A model generated the notes under the pieces. It made no database searches, was not told the origin of the DNA, and saw only the letters and a program-made list of their open reading frames with translations. DNA of 64,000 bases from Selaginella moellendorffii (Eukaryota; Plantae; Lycopodiophyta), in the NCBI RefSeq assembly GCF_000143415.4, contig NW_003314295.1, forward strand, positions 124,001 to 188,000, given 5' to 3'. A program made the translations under genes and the position numbers. This document shows, one piece after another, positions 35,453 to 46,306 of this stretch (position 1 is its first letter; each line of letters opens with the position of its first letter).

Positions 35453-37000
35453 ATGCGAGCAATAGAAAATGGCAAAACTTGGATCTCAAATACCAATAGT
35501 CATGAACCGGATGTGTATTTTTACGCCCAGCTCTTGAGATCCTGCGCTGCCGCTCGTGACTTGGCACAAGCCAGGCGAGTTCATCGTCTCATCCTCGACT
35601 CCTCGCACCGCCAGGATCGCTACCTCGCGAACATAGTCGTGGAGATGTATGGAAAGTGTGGCAGCATTGAGGAGGCCAGGCGTGCCTTTGAGAATATCGA
35701 AGAGCCTAATACGTTCTCATGGAACATCATGGTGGCAGCGTATGCCCAAAATGGGTATATTGAAGATGCCAAGCGGTTCTTTCATCGGATACCCTTTCCA
35801 AATGTCATCTCCTGGAATGCAATGATTACACTGGAAGCTCAGAGTGGGAATCTCGACGAGGCCATCGCTCTCTTTACCACGGCTCCATTCACAGATGTGG
35901 TGTCATGGAACGCTATGATCTCCGGCTATGCCCACAACGGGCGTGTAGACGAGGCGGTCGATCTCTTTGATCGAATGCCGATGCGAAACCTAATATCTTG
36001 GAATGCGGTGATCACAGCTTGTGCTCACAACGGAAAGCTGGACCAAGCGAGGGTGTTTCTTGAGCAAACACCGGAGAGGGACGCAGTGGCTTTGAACTCA
36101 ATGATCGTCGGCTATGGGCAATGCAAGGATCTGAAACAAGCCAAGGTTTGTTTTGATATTCTTCCAGATCCAGACATTATTTCGTGGACGAGCCTTGTGA
36201 CTGCATATGCCCAAGCCGGGCATCTGGAGGAAGCTCGGGCATTGTTTGACTCCGTAAGGTGGCTTCCTAACATTGTTTTGTGGACTGCCATGCTGGATGC
36301 GTATTCCAGACATGGCCATCTTGATGAGGCAAGGCGCTTCTTTGACACCATGCCGGAACGCAACGTTGTTTCGTGGACTGCCATGCTTGCAGCGTATGCC
36401 GAGCATTGGGAACTGGAGCAAGCCAGAGCGATCTTTAACTCCATGCCGGAATCAAATGCATTCTCGTGGACGATTATGGTGGAGGCTTACGGGAAAAAGG
36501 GCCAGCTTCTAGAGGCGAGAATGCTTTTCGATAGAATGCCAAGCAGATCGCTTGTTTCGTGGACCACAATGGTGGCAGCATACGCCCTTAATGGACACTG
36601 CTTCGAGGCTCTAGAGGTTTTCGGAGGGATGGTAATGGGGGATTTGTGGCCGGACGATGTTGTTTTCGGAGGAGTTCTCGTGGCTTGCACCCATGCAGGC
36701 CTTGTGGAGCAATGCAGGAGCTACTTCGTGTCTATGCTGCTCGACTATGGGATCCGTGCGAGCGTGGAGCACTATGGCTGCTTGATCGATGTGTTTGCAA
36801 GGACGGGGCAGCTCAAGAGCGCCGAGGACCTGATCCGAAACATGCCCTTTTGCGAGGACCAGAACCTGTGGAACAGTTTGCTGGGGGCTTGCAAGCTCCA
36901 GGAGGACATGAAGCAAGGGATGAGGGTGCTTCCCGAGCTAAACCCCGATGATTCTTCGGCATACGTGTTGGTTTCCAACTTGTGCAAGGCAAGAGCTTAG
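35453..37000 (+). CDS. PLS-class pentatricopeptide repeat protein with partial E domain (organellar RNA-editing factor type)
   Basis: Tandem ~31-aa repeats VSW(N/T)AM..AYA..G..EAR..FD.MP; EHYGCLIDVFARTG; WNSLLGAC; AYVLVSN; no DYW domain. Confidence 0.93.
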   Translation: MRAIENGKTWISNTNSHEPDVYFYAQLLRSCAAARDLAQARRVHRLILDSSHRQDRYLANIVVEMYGKCGSIEEARRAFENIEEPNTFSWNIMVAAYAQNGYIEDAKRFFHRIPFPNVISWNAMITLEAQSGNLDEAIALFTTAPFTDVVSWNAMISGYAHNGRVDEAVDLFDRMPMRNLISWNAVITACAHNGKLDQARVFLEQTPERDAVALNSMIVGYGQCKDLKQAKVCFDILPDPDIISWTSLVTAYAQAGHLEEARALFDSVRWLPNIVLWTAMLDAYSRHGHLDEARRFFDTMPERNVVSWTAMLAAYAEHWELEQARAIFNSMPESNAFSWTIMVEAYGKKGQLLEARMLFDRMPSRSLVSWTTMVAAYALNGHCFEALEVFGGMVMGDLWPDDVVFGGVLVACTHAGLVEQCRSYFVSMLLDYGIRASVEHYGCLIDVFARTGQLKSAEDLIRNMPFCEDQNLWNSLLGACKLQEDMKQGMRVLPELNPDDSSAYVLVSNLCKARA

Positions 37001-37063
37001 CGAAAATGGGATTCCCATACACAAAATCGTCAATATTTAGGGTTCTTCCGATCAAGAGCTCTT

Positions 37064-37552
37064 ATGGAGGCCGGGACGATCGTGCAGCTGCCGGAGCTGC
37101 TGGAGCCAGGATCGCCCTTTTGCCGCCACATGAAATCGTTGCGCGTCATGGGAACGTAAGGCCCGCGTTGTCTTTCTTTCTTTTCTTCGCATCTCTCGAG
37201 GCTGATCGTTGGTTCGTGACAGGCTCGAAAGCTTCGATGTGGAGTCTGGCGTCGCCCACATTCGCCACGAGGGCGCCAGCCTCGCGGTGGACACGACGCT
37301 GCTGCGCGACATCCACCTCCGCCCGGGCTCGCTCTACCAGTTCATCGGAGAGCTCTTGCTCCAGGTTTTCTAGCCGAGGTTTTCTAGCCTTCTTTAACGC
37401 TCTCGACCGTGATTTCGATCGCCCAGAGCGGGATGATGCTCCGGGCCAGAGTCGCGCGCAATGTGGATGGATTGGACGTCAAGCTCTACGAGAAAGCCTT
37501 GCGTCTCCGGAGGATCTTTCAAGAGCAGCGCGCAACGTCTAGTCCTAGATAG
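37064..37552 (+). CDS. TEN1: CST complex subunit TEN1 (119 aa); exons 37064-37155, 37223-37364, 37427-37552
   Basis: Spliced product MEAGTIVQLPELLEPGSPFCRHMKSLRVMGTLESFDVESGVAHIRHEGASLAVDTTLLRDIHLRPGSLYQFIGELLLQSGMMLRARVARNVDGLDVKLYEKALRLRR... carries plant TEN1 motifs SLRV, GSxYQFIGEL, ARxxRNVDG. Absent from the ORF track. Confidence 0.88.
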
Positions 37553-37678
37553 ATCAAATGAGAGAGAAATGCGTTGACCTAATTAGCGCTCGAAAAAGGT
37601 AAGTCCGTGACTTCCACCCTTGTTCCGTGACTCCATCCTCCTTCCGTGACAGTTGAGTTGCTCCTCACAGATCTCAGC

Positions 37679-40302
37679 ATGGCCGCCGCTGGTCCGGGCA
37701 GCGACATTCCTCGCGACGATGATCCAGCAGCAGCGCGAGACGATGATCGCAAGAACGGAGACAAACTGTCGGAGGAGGAGCAATCCCCGATCGAGGAGGT
37801 CGCGCTCACGGTTCCAACCACGGACGACGCGTCCCTGCCGGTTTACACGTTCCGGATGTGGACGCTGGGCCTCCTCTCGTGCGCGCTGCTCGCATTCATC
37901 AACCAGTTCTTCTCCTACCGCACCGAGCCGCTGACGGTGGGTGTCATCTCCGCCCAGATCGCCGCGTTGCCGCTGGGCCGCCTCATGGCGGCGGCGCTCC
38001 CCTCCGCCCAGCTCCGCCTCCTCGGCCGCTCCTTCTCGCTCAATCCCGGCCCCTTCAACGTCAAGGAGCACGTCCTCATCACCATCTTCGCCAACGCTGG
38101 AGCCGGCGGCGCCTACGCCATTGGCATTGTCAACATTGTCAAGGCCTTCTATGGCCGAGAGCTCAGCTTCGTCGTCGCGCTCCTCATCACTCTCACCACT
38201 CAGGCAAGCTCCTCCTTGGATCGAAAGTCTTCTCACAGTCCCAGACTCTAGATCCAGATCTCTTTCTCTTCGTTGTTCTTCGTTCTTTTCCGAGCCTTGG
38301 TTGACCTTTGAGTGCTTTGATGCTTTGATCTTCTTAGATCACTGGATATGGCTGGGCCGGGATCTTTCGACGCTACCTGGTGGATCCCGCCGAGATGTGG
38401 TGGCCCTCCAATCTGGTCCAAGTCTCCATCTTCAAGTAAGTGCGCCGTCGTGTTCTTTGTTCTCTTGCGGTCGCTGAAACAGTCGATTTTGCTGGCACTA
38501 GTACGCTCCACGAGAAGGACAGCCGGCGGAAAGGCGACGTTACCAGGTTGCAGTTCTTCCTTATCACCCTGGCTTGCAGCTTCCTCTACTACTCGCTACC
38601 CGGTTACCTCTTCAAGACGCTGACGTCCATCTCGTGGGTGTGCTGGGCCTGGCCGAAGTCGGTCTTGGCACACCAGCTCGGGTCTGGAATGAGCGGCATG
38701 GGGATTGGAGCCGTCGGTTTCGACTGGTCGACGGTGGCCTCGTATCTCTCCAGCCCGCTGGCGACTCCGTGGTTTGCCATCGCCAACGTCATGGTCGGGT
38801 TCCTCATCGTCATGTATGTCATCACCCCCGCAGCGTACTTTAGCAACGTCTACAGTGCGAAGACGTTCCCGATCTTCTCCAGTCAGCTGTTTGCCGACGA
38901 TGGATCGCGGTATAACATCTCCCGGGTGGTGAACGAGAGGTTTGAGCTCGACGTCCAGGCGTATAACAGCTACAGCAAGCTCAACCTCAGCACTTTCTTC
39001 GTCTTCACTTACGGTGTGGGATTTGCCGCGCTCACCGCGACGGTGTCTCATGTGGTGCTCTTCCATGGGAAGTAAGTTTTCTGGATTGATGGAATGAAAC
39101 TCACCGGAATTTTTGTCATCTCTTCGCAGGGAGATGTGGAGTCGGGCCGTGGCTGCTTTTCACGCTGAGAAACTCGACGTCCATACGAGATTGATGCGCA
39201 AGTACAAGCCGTGTCCGCAGTGGTGGTTTCTGGCGCTGTTGGCGCTCTCCATCTTCGGATCCATCATCACTTGCGTGGTTTTCAAAGACCAAGTTCAGCT
39301 GCCGTGGTGGGGAGTCCTCCTGGCCTGCGGCCTTGCGTTCGTCTTCACGCTGCCGATCGGGGTGATCACGGCAACGACAAACCAGGTAAAAGCATGCAAG
39401 TTTTCGAGGATTTTCTAACCAGGAAAACGTTCCAGACTCCTGGCCTCAACGTGATCACGGAGTTCATCATCGGCTACATGTACCCCGGACGCCCCGTCGC
39501 CAACGTTTGCTTCAAGACTTACGGCTACATAAGCATGCTCCAAGCGATCACCTTCCTGGCGGACTTCAAGCTCGGGCACTACATGAAGATCCCTCCTCGC
39601 TCGATGTTCACGGTCCAGGTAACTTTGCTCTCTAGAGAAACGAACGAGGCCATTTAACTTCCACTCTTGCGTTGCTACCAGATCATCGGGACCGTGGTGG
39701 CGGCGCTCGTCAACTTAGGCACCGCCTGGTGGCTCCTCACGTCCGTGGACAACATCTGCCACACCGACAAGCTCCCGCAAGGCAGCCCCTGGACGTGCCC
39801 GAGCGACCGCGTCTTCTTCAGCGCCTCGGTCATCTGGGGCCTCATCGGTCCCAATCGGATCTTCGGCTCCCTCGGCCACTACCAGGCGATCAACTGGTTC
39901 TTCCTGGTCGGGGCGGTGGCGCCGCTGCTCGTCTGGCTGGCCGCCAAGGCCTTCCCTCGCCAGCGCTGGATCCGCTACGTCAACATGCCCATCCTCATCG
40001 GCGCCACTGGAAACATGCCGCCGGCGACGTCCGTGAACTACACGAGCTGGTTCGTGGTGGGATTCATCTTCAACTACTTAATCTTCAAGCACCGGAAGCA
40101 GTGGTGGACGCGGTATAACTACGTCCTCTCCGCGGCTATGGACGCCGGGCTGGCGTTCATGGGGATCTTCCTCTACTTTGCGACGAGGGAAGATCGAATT
40201 GAGCTCGCTTGGTGGGGGCAGGACGTGGATAACTGCCCGCTAGCGTCGTGCCCGGCTGCCAAAGGAGCTCGCAGTAGCGATTGTCCTCTCAGCGCATCGT
40301 GA
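37679..40302 (+). CDS. OPT: Oligopeptide transporter (OPT family), copy 1; exons 37679-38203, 38338-38435, 38502-39071, 39130-39384, 39436-39618, 39682-40302
   Basis: [69 protein letters not shown]; intron 1 is GC-AG. Confidence 0.95.
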
Positions 40303-40309
40303 AGGAGAC

Positions 40310-40437
40310 GATGGTTCTTCCAGCTCCCATGGATGGTTCTTCCAGCTCCCATGGATGGCTCTTCCAGCTTCCATCGATGGTTCTTCCAGCCTCCATCGAT
40401 GGTTCTTTGAGCTTCTTCCAGCTTCTTCCAGCTTCCA
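40310..40437. repeat. 22-bp tandem repeat (GATGGTTCTTCCAGCTCCCATG) x ~4.5 plus degenerate tail
   Basis: Direct reading between the OPT stop and the SQS start. Confidence 0.85.
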
Positions 40438-40524
40438 TTCTTTCATGCCTTGTAAAGATCTTATATACCCCCATTTAATTTCTACCTTCCAAGATTTTTG
40501 TTTTAGGGCTTAGATCGCGGAGCC

Positions 40525-42516
40525 ATGGGGATGGTGGAGGCGCTGATCCGGCATCCCGGCGAGCTGCCGGCGCTCTTGCAGATGAAGATCGCAGCTGCGC
40601 GCGCTGCTCATGCATTGCCGGAGGATCCACACATGGCCTACTGCTACCGGATCTTGCTGCTCGTCTCCCGGAGCTTCGCGGTTGTCGTCCAGCACCTGAA
40701 TCAGGAGATTCGCGATGCGGTGAGTGGATTGATGAGAGGGGGAAGCAATGCTTCGCTGAGATCTCCTTGCATTGCTCGAGGCGATTGACTTTATTCCGTT
40801 TTTTTCCCCCTTTCTTCCAGGTGTGTATCTTCTATGTGGTGTTACGTGCGCTGGATACTGTTGGTGAGTGATGCTTGGATATTCTGTTTATTTCTGATTT
40901 GCGGCGTCCTTTTCTAGAGGATGATATGAGCATTCCCGTGGAAACGAAGACTACTGTGCTGGAGGAATTCTACAAACACTTGGAGGATCCAACTTGGCGA
41001 TTCGTTTGTAAGTGGAATTTTTATATTGTTGTCAACTCTCACTCTCTTATTGCGTTTAGGTGGAGAAAAGCATTGCAGGGAGCTCATGAAGAACTTCAAT
41101 CACCTGTCTCTTGCGTTTCTTCAGCTGTCCAAGGAGTAATGGGATTCCTTTTTTTTTTTTCTCTCTCCTCTTCGTTGGTTTTTTTACCAAGATCCACTTG
41201 CAGATACCAGTATGTTATCAGCGATATTACGAAAAGGATGGGATATGGGATGGCTGAGTTTATTCGGAAAGAGGTAGTTTCATCTTTCCTCTTGTCTCAA
41301 GCTAAGATTTTGTTACGGCAGGTCGTTACAGTATCGGATTATGACAAGTACTGCTATTATGTGGCGGGTTTAGTTGGAGTTGGCTTGTCACATCTTTTCA
41401 ACTCTTCACGACTTGAAGACCTGGATCAGAGACTTATAGAACCTGATAATGACCAATCATTAGTTCCCGAGTACCCTGCAATTTCAATGGGCCGATTCTT
41501 GCAGGTAAACGTGGTTTATTTAGTTGCGAGTCTAACTTTGCTGGCTTGCAGAAAGTCAACATAATAAGAGATTACCTGGAAGACATCAACGAGCTTCCAG
41601 CCCCTCGTATGTTTTGGCCCCGTGAAATCTGGGGAAAGTATGCTCCGACTTCTCTCCTTTCGGTATGTACACGGCAATGCATACGGTTCTATAAAGAAGA
41701 TGGTTGTGGCCTCTGAGCAGGACTTTAGAGACGAGAGCAACGAGAAGGAAGCTGTTGAATGCCTAAACGACATGATTACCGACTGCCTTAGACACGCGCC
41801 AGAGTGTCTTTTCTACATGTCCAAGCTTAAAAATCCTTCAGTGTTTCGGTTTTGCGCTGTGCCACAGGTAAATTGCTTTCTGTCTTCCACTTGATAACAG
41901 GTCTGAGTTTTTGGCAGGTCATGGCTATAGCTACTGCGGCAGTGTGCTACAATAATCCTCAAGTTTTTAGAGGGGTTGTGAAGATACGGCGTGGTTAGTC
42001 TTGCGTGCTGTCTTATCACCAGAAATCGATTTTACTCTTCTGTTTCAGGGACAACCGCGAAAATAATAGTGACAACGAATAACATGGCTGACGTCTGTGG
42101 AGCATTTTATGACTTCGCGAGTATTCTGGCGTCAAAGGTTCACTACATAGTTTCTTCTTGCTTGACTAAGTTTAGAATTCGTCATTTACAGATAAATAAG
42201 AACGATCCGTCGGCTTTGATCGCTGCCGAACGTGTAGAGAATATATTCAAGGCTTGTCGACAGTATGGCTTGTCATCCAGCAGGTAAATAAAAATCCAGC
42301 TCATTTATCTCATTTATCACTTCATTTCACACAGGAAGAATTACACAATTGAAACTGGCGCTATCTCTGCAAAGAGAAGTTTCCTGGTACGTAAGTCGTA
42401 GATCTCCTTTTGATGTTTCCTGTCCCCTGATCTCTTGTTTTGTGCATGGCCAGGTTATTCTTGTGTTTGTGTTGGTATTCTTATATGTGCTAGTTTTGCT
42501 ATTCTTTAAAGTTTAA
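40525..42516 (+). CDS. SQS: Squalene synthase (multi-exon, C-terminal TM anchor)
   Basis: VSRSF flap, [68 protein letters not shown]; last exon [20 protein letters not shown]. Confidence 0.92.
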
Positions 42517-42591
42517 AACGACTGCCAAAAAAGGTTCTTTTGTGCCTAATTCGGATAAAAAAGAACTGCAGGATTCTTTAGATCTCACAAC

Positions 42592-45116
42592 ATGGCCGGT
42601 GCTGGTGTGGAGTTAGTAGCTCTTGGTGACTTGCCAATGGATGAACGTGATACTGGGGATGACGAGCAATCTCCAATCGATCAGGTGGCAATGACAGTAA
42701 GCACAAGTGATGATCCAGCGGTTCCGGTTTGGACTTTTAGAATGTGGACAATCGGCCTTTTCTTTTGTATAGTGCTTTCCTTCGTCAACCAGTTCTTCTA
42801 CTACAGAAAAGAGCCACTGACAGTTTCAGCGCTCTCTGGCCAGATCTTGGCTGTTGCGATTGGTCGCCTTATGGCTGCAACGCTTCCAAAGACAGTTTAT
42901 CGGCTGCCTCTCACAAACTTTCACTTCACTCTGAACCCGGGGCCATTTAACAAGAAGGAACACGTTCTTATCACTGTCTTCGCAAACTCGGGCTTTGCAT
43001 TTGGCAATGGAACCTCTTATGGAGTCTCCATTGTTGACATTATCAAAGCGTTTTACAAGAGGAAAATTTACTTCCATGCAGCTCTCCTGCTCGTTATTAC
43101 GACTCAGGTAAGCTCGAAGTTTGTTTTCTAGTTCCGTCTAACATCAACCGTGTATTCGTTTACTTAGGTGCTTGGGTATGGATGGGCGGGACTGCTTCGA
43201 AAGCATTTGGTTGAGCCCGCAAATATGTGGTGGCCTGCAAATCTCGTTCAAGTCTCACTCTTCGAGTACGTTTTTCAGAGTTTTTCTTTTATCGTTCTGA
43301 TTTCTTCCGTGCTGTTGCAAAAGGACTCTACACGAGAAGGAGAGCAAGAAGGGCTTATCGCGGCTTAAGTTTTTTCTTATTGTTCTGGCAGTCAGCTTTG
43401 CTTACTATATTATCCCCGGTTATATGTTCACGGCACTCACCTCAGTGTCATGGGTATGCTGGGCCTTTCCACGTTCAGTATTGGCACAGCAGCTTGGCTC
43501 TGGCTTAAATGGTCTTGGACTTGGCTCGTTTGCCTTGGATTGGTCCACATTTCAATCGTTTCTACAGAGCCCGCTAATAACACCATGGGTTCCAATTGCA
43601 AACGTGCTGGCTGGTTTTATTATTATGGTTTATATCGTGATTCCAGCGTTTTACTGGACAAACGTCTACGATGCTAAGAAGTTTCCAATCTTCAGTAGCA
43701 AGCTCTTCCAGGGGAATGGAACGCCTTACAACGTCCACAAGATTGTCAATGAAAACTTCGAGATTGACATGGCTGCCTACAAAGAGCAAGGGGAGGTTCA
43801 TTTGAGCACCTTTTTCGCGATGGCTTATGGCCTTGGTTTTGCCAGCGTCGCTTCTGTGATCACCCATATTATTTGCTTTCATGGAAAGTAAGTCACGAAG
43901 CATTTTTTTTTCTTTATTTTCCTTTTTTGGTTATCTTACTATTTCTTTCCAGAGAGATTTGGCAGAGAAGCAGATCTGTTCTAAACGAGAAACCCGACAT
44001 TCATACGCGGCTGATGAAAAAGTATCCAACAATACCATACAAATGGTTTGTTGTTCTTATGTTCTTATCAATCGCCGTTGCCGTCGGTACTTGCGTCGGT
44101 TTTAAGCACCAATTGCAACTTCCGTGGTGGGGGGTTCTCCTGGCTTGCGCGCTCGCGATCGTCTTCACCTTACCAATTGGTATTATCACCGCTACAACCA
44201 ACATTGTAAGTTTTTTTCGAGTTTTTTTATTTCTTTCCTCACCAGCTTCGCAGACTCCAGGCTTGAACGTGATCACCGAGTACATAATTGGATATATGCT
44301 ACCGGGCAAGCCAATTGCCAACGTGTGCTTCAAGACTTACGGTTATATCAGCATGACCCAGGCCATCTCGTTCCTGCAAGACTTCAAGCTTGGCCATTAC
44401 ATGAAAGTCCCGCCGAGATCAATGTTTGCTGTCCAGGTATGATATCATAGAAAACGCATTTCAAGTTCTCCAACTGTAAACATTGTCCTCTTTTTCTCAC
44501 CAAGGTCCTCGGCACCATCGTAGCGGCAGTCGTGAACGTTGCCACGGCATGGTGGATGCTCACCAGCGTCGAAAACATCTGCGACACGGACAAGCTCCCG
44601 GCGGACAGCCCCTGGACGTGCCCGAACGACAGCGTCTTCTACAGCGCCTCGGTCATCTGGGGGCTCATCGGCCCCAAGCGGATCTTCGGCAGCCTAGGAA
44701 ACTACTCGGAGCTCTCCTGGTTCTTCCTGGTGGGAGCTCTAGCTCCGGTCGTCCTGTGGCTGCTCACCAAGGCCTTCCCTCGCGCACGGTGGCTGAGCTA
44801 CATCAACCTCCCCGTGATCTTGGGCGCCACCTCGATGATGCCCCCGGCCTCGGCCGTGAACTACATCTCCTGGACCAGCGTCGGCCTCTTCTTCAACTAT
44901 TTCGTCTACACGTATCGCAGGAGGTGGTGGCAGCGATACAACTACGTTCTATCGGCCGCGCTGGACGCCGGCGTCGCGTTCATGGGCGTCTTGCTCTACT
45001 TCGCGCTCCAGATGAACGGCACCAGCGTTACGTGGTGGGGGAACGATAGTCACTGCCCGCTCGCGAGGTGTCCCACGTATCCCGGGATCGTCGTCCCGGG
45101 TTGCCCGGTCATATAG
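42592..45116 (+). CDS. OPT: Oligopeptide transporter (OPT family), copy 2; 6 exons at the same positions as copy 1
   Basis: [71 protein letters not shown]. Confidence 0.95.
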
Positions 45117-45173
45117 ATCTTTCTTCTTGGTATTTATTATCTTTGCATAGAAGAAGCACTCGAGCTTTTTTCT

Positions 45174-45803
45174 CTACGCGCTGTCGTTGACTTTGCTCAC
45201 CACTGCCACCGCGGTGGTGATGAGCGATGCGTAGAGCGCGCTGGGGATTTTCTTCACCACTGGGCCGACTCCGGGGACTCGCTCGGTGGCCGACTTTGTG
45301 AGGAGTGCAAGGCACGGCGCCGCGATGGAGAAGATGAGGATGTTCTTACTTAGACGCATCGCCAGGTTCCCTGTGAACTTCTCCACAAAGCCCATGAACT
45401 CCTTGCGGTCCAGAACGCCGTTTCGATTCGTGTCGTATAGCTGTAACAGTGTGCTTTTTAGCGATTAAGAGAAGAGTTCGAATCACTCACATCGAGCATC
45501 TCTTGCACCTCTTCCCTGGCTGGCGGGTCGTAATGGGGACCCGGAAAATGCTTGTTTATATCGCTGCGTGTGTATTGTGAGTGGATTTTGATACCGATAG
45601 AGATGAATTGACTTACTTGTACACGAGCAGAATGGCGGTGTAGAGCTCCTGGAAGGAGATGAAATCGTTGCCATTGTGTGCCGTGAAGTGGTCAAAGACC
45701 CGATCTATGATGCCTTGCACTTGCAGCTCCTTCGCTGCAAGGCAAAAGCTCCATTTCTATGCGAGAGAAAATAGCCAAAAAGCATACCTTGGAGCTGACC
45801 CAT
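45174..45803 (-). CDS. Small EF-hand calcium-binding family protein with hydrophobic C-terminus; 4 exons
   Basis: Spliced MGQLQAKELQVQGIIDRVFDHF...FQELYTAILLVYNDINKHFPGPHYDPPAREEVQEMLDLYDTNRNGVLDRKEFMGF...; EF loop DTNRNGVLDRKE; GT-AG junctions. Confidence 0.82.
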
Positions 45804-46306
45804 GCCTCACCAAAAGTTCCTGACCAATTGATCTCCCAAATCACACCTGAGCTTGGCGACAAGGATTAGAGAGAAATTTCAGCTCACCAGTCCAAATTCA
45901 CAAAATTCGACCTGGATGTCTGAAAATGGAAGACGACACACCAAAGCTGTGAACGCACCGTCCGCCCACCAACTACAACAAAAGCGAGGAAAAAGAAAAA
46001 TGGGGGGACATGCCAAGAACAGCAGCACTTGTAGTTAAAAACGATCGAAAAAAATAGTAAACAAAGAATTAACACTTCGGGAGAGAAAAATTTAGAAAAA
46101 CTGACCACAGAACTGTGGTTTGCTTGGTGCACCAGTTACATTCATTTCATCCTTCCCCACATGTTTTGCTAGCTGAGATCCATCCATCAAAAAGCCCATC
46201 AAAAAGATTTACAAAGAAAGAAAAAACAAAGAAAGCTTTTGAATCGCAAACCTCTTGTCTTTCCTCCCGGCTTTTCTCTTTCGTTCTTGGTTGTAGCAGT
46301 GCTTTG

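Noticed and set aside
36982-37542. 186-aa ORF from the ORF track
   Set aside because: Off-frame read across the spliced TEN1 gene.
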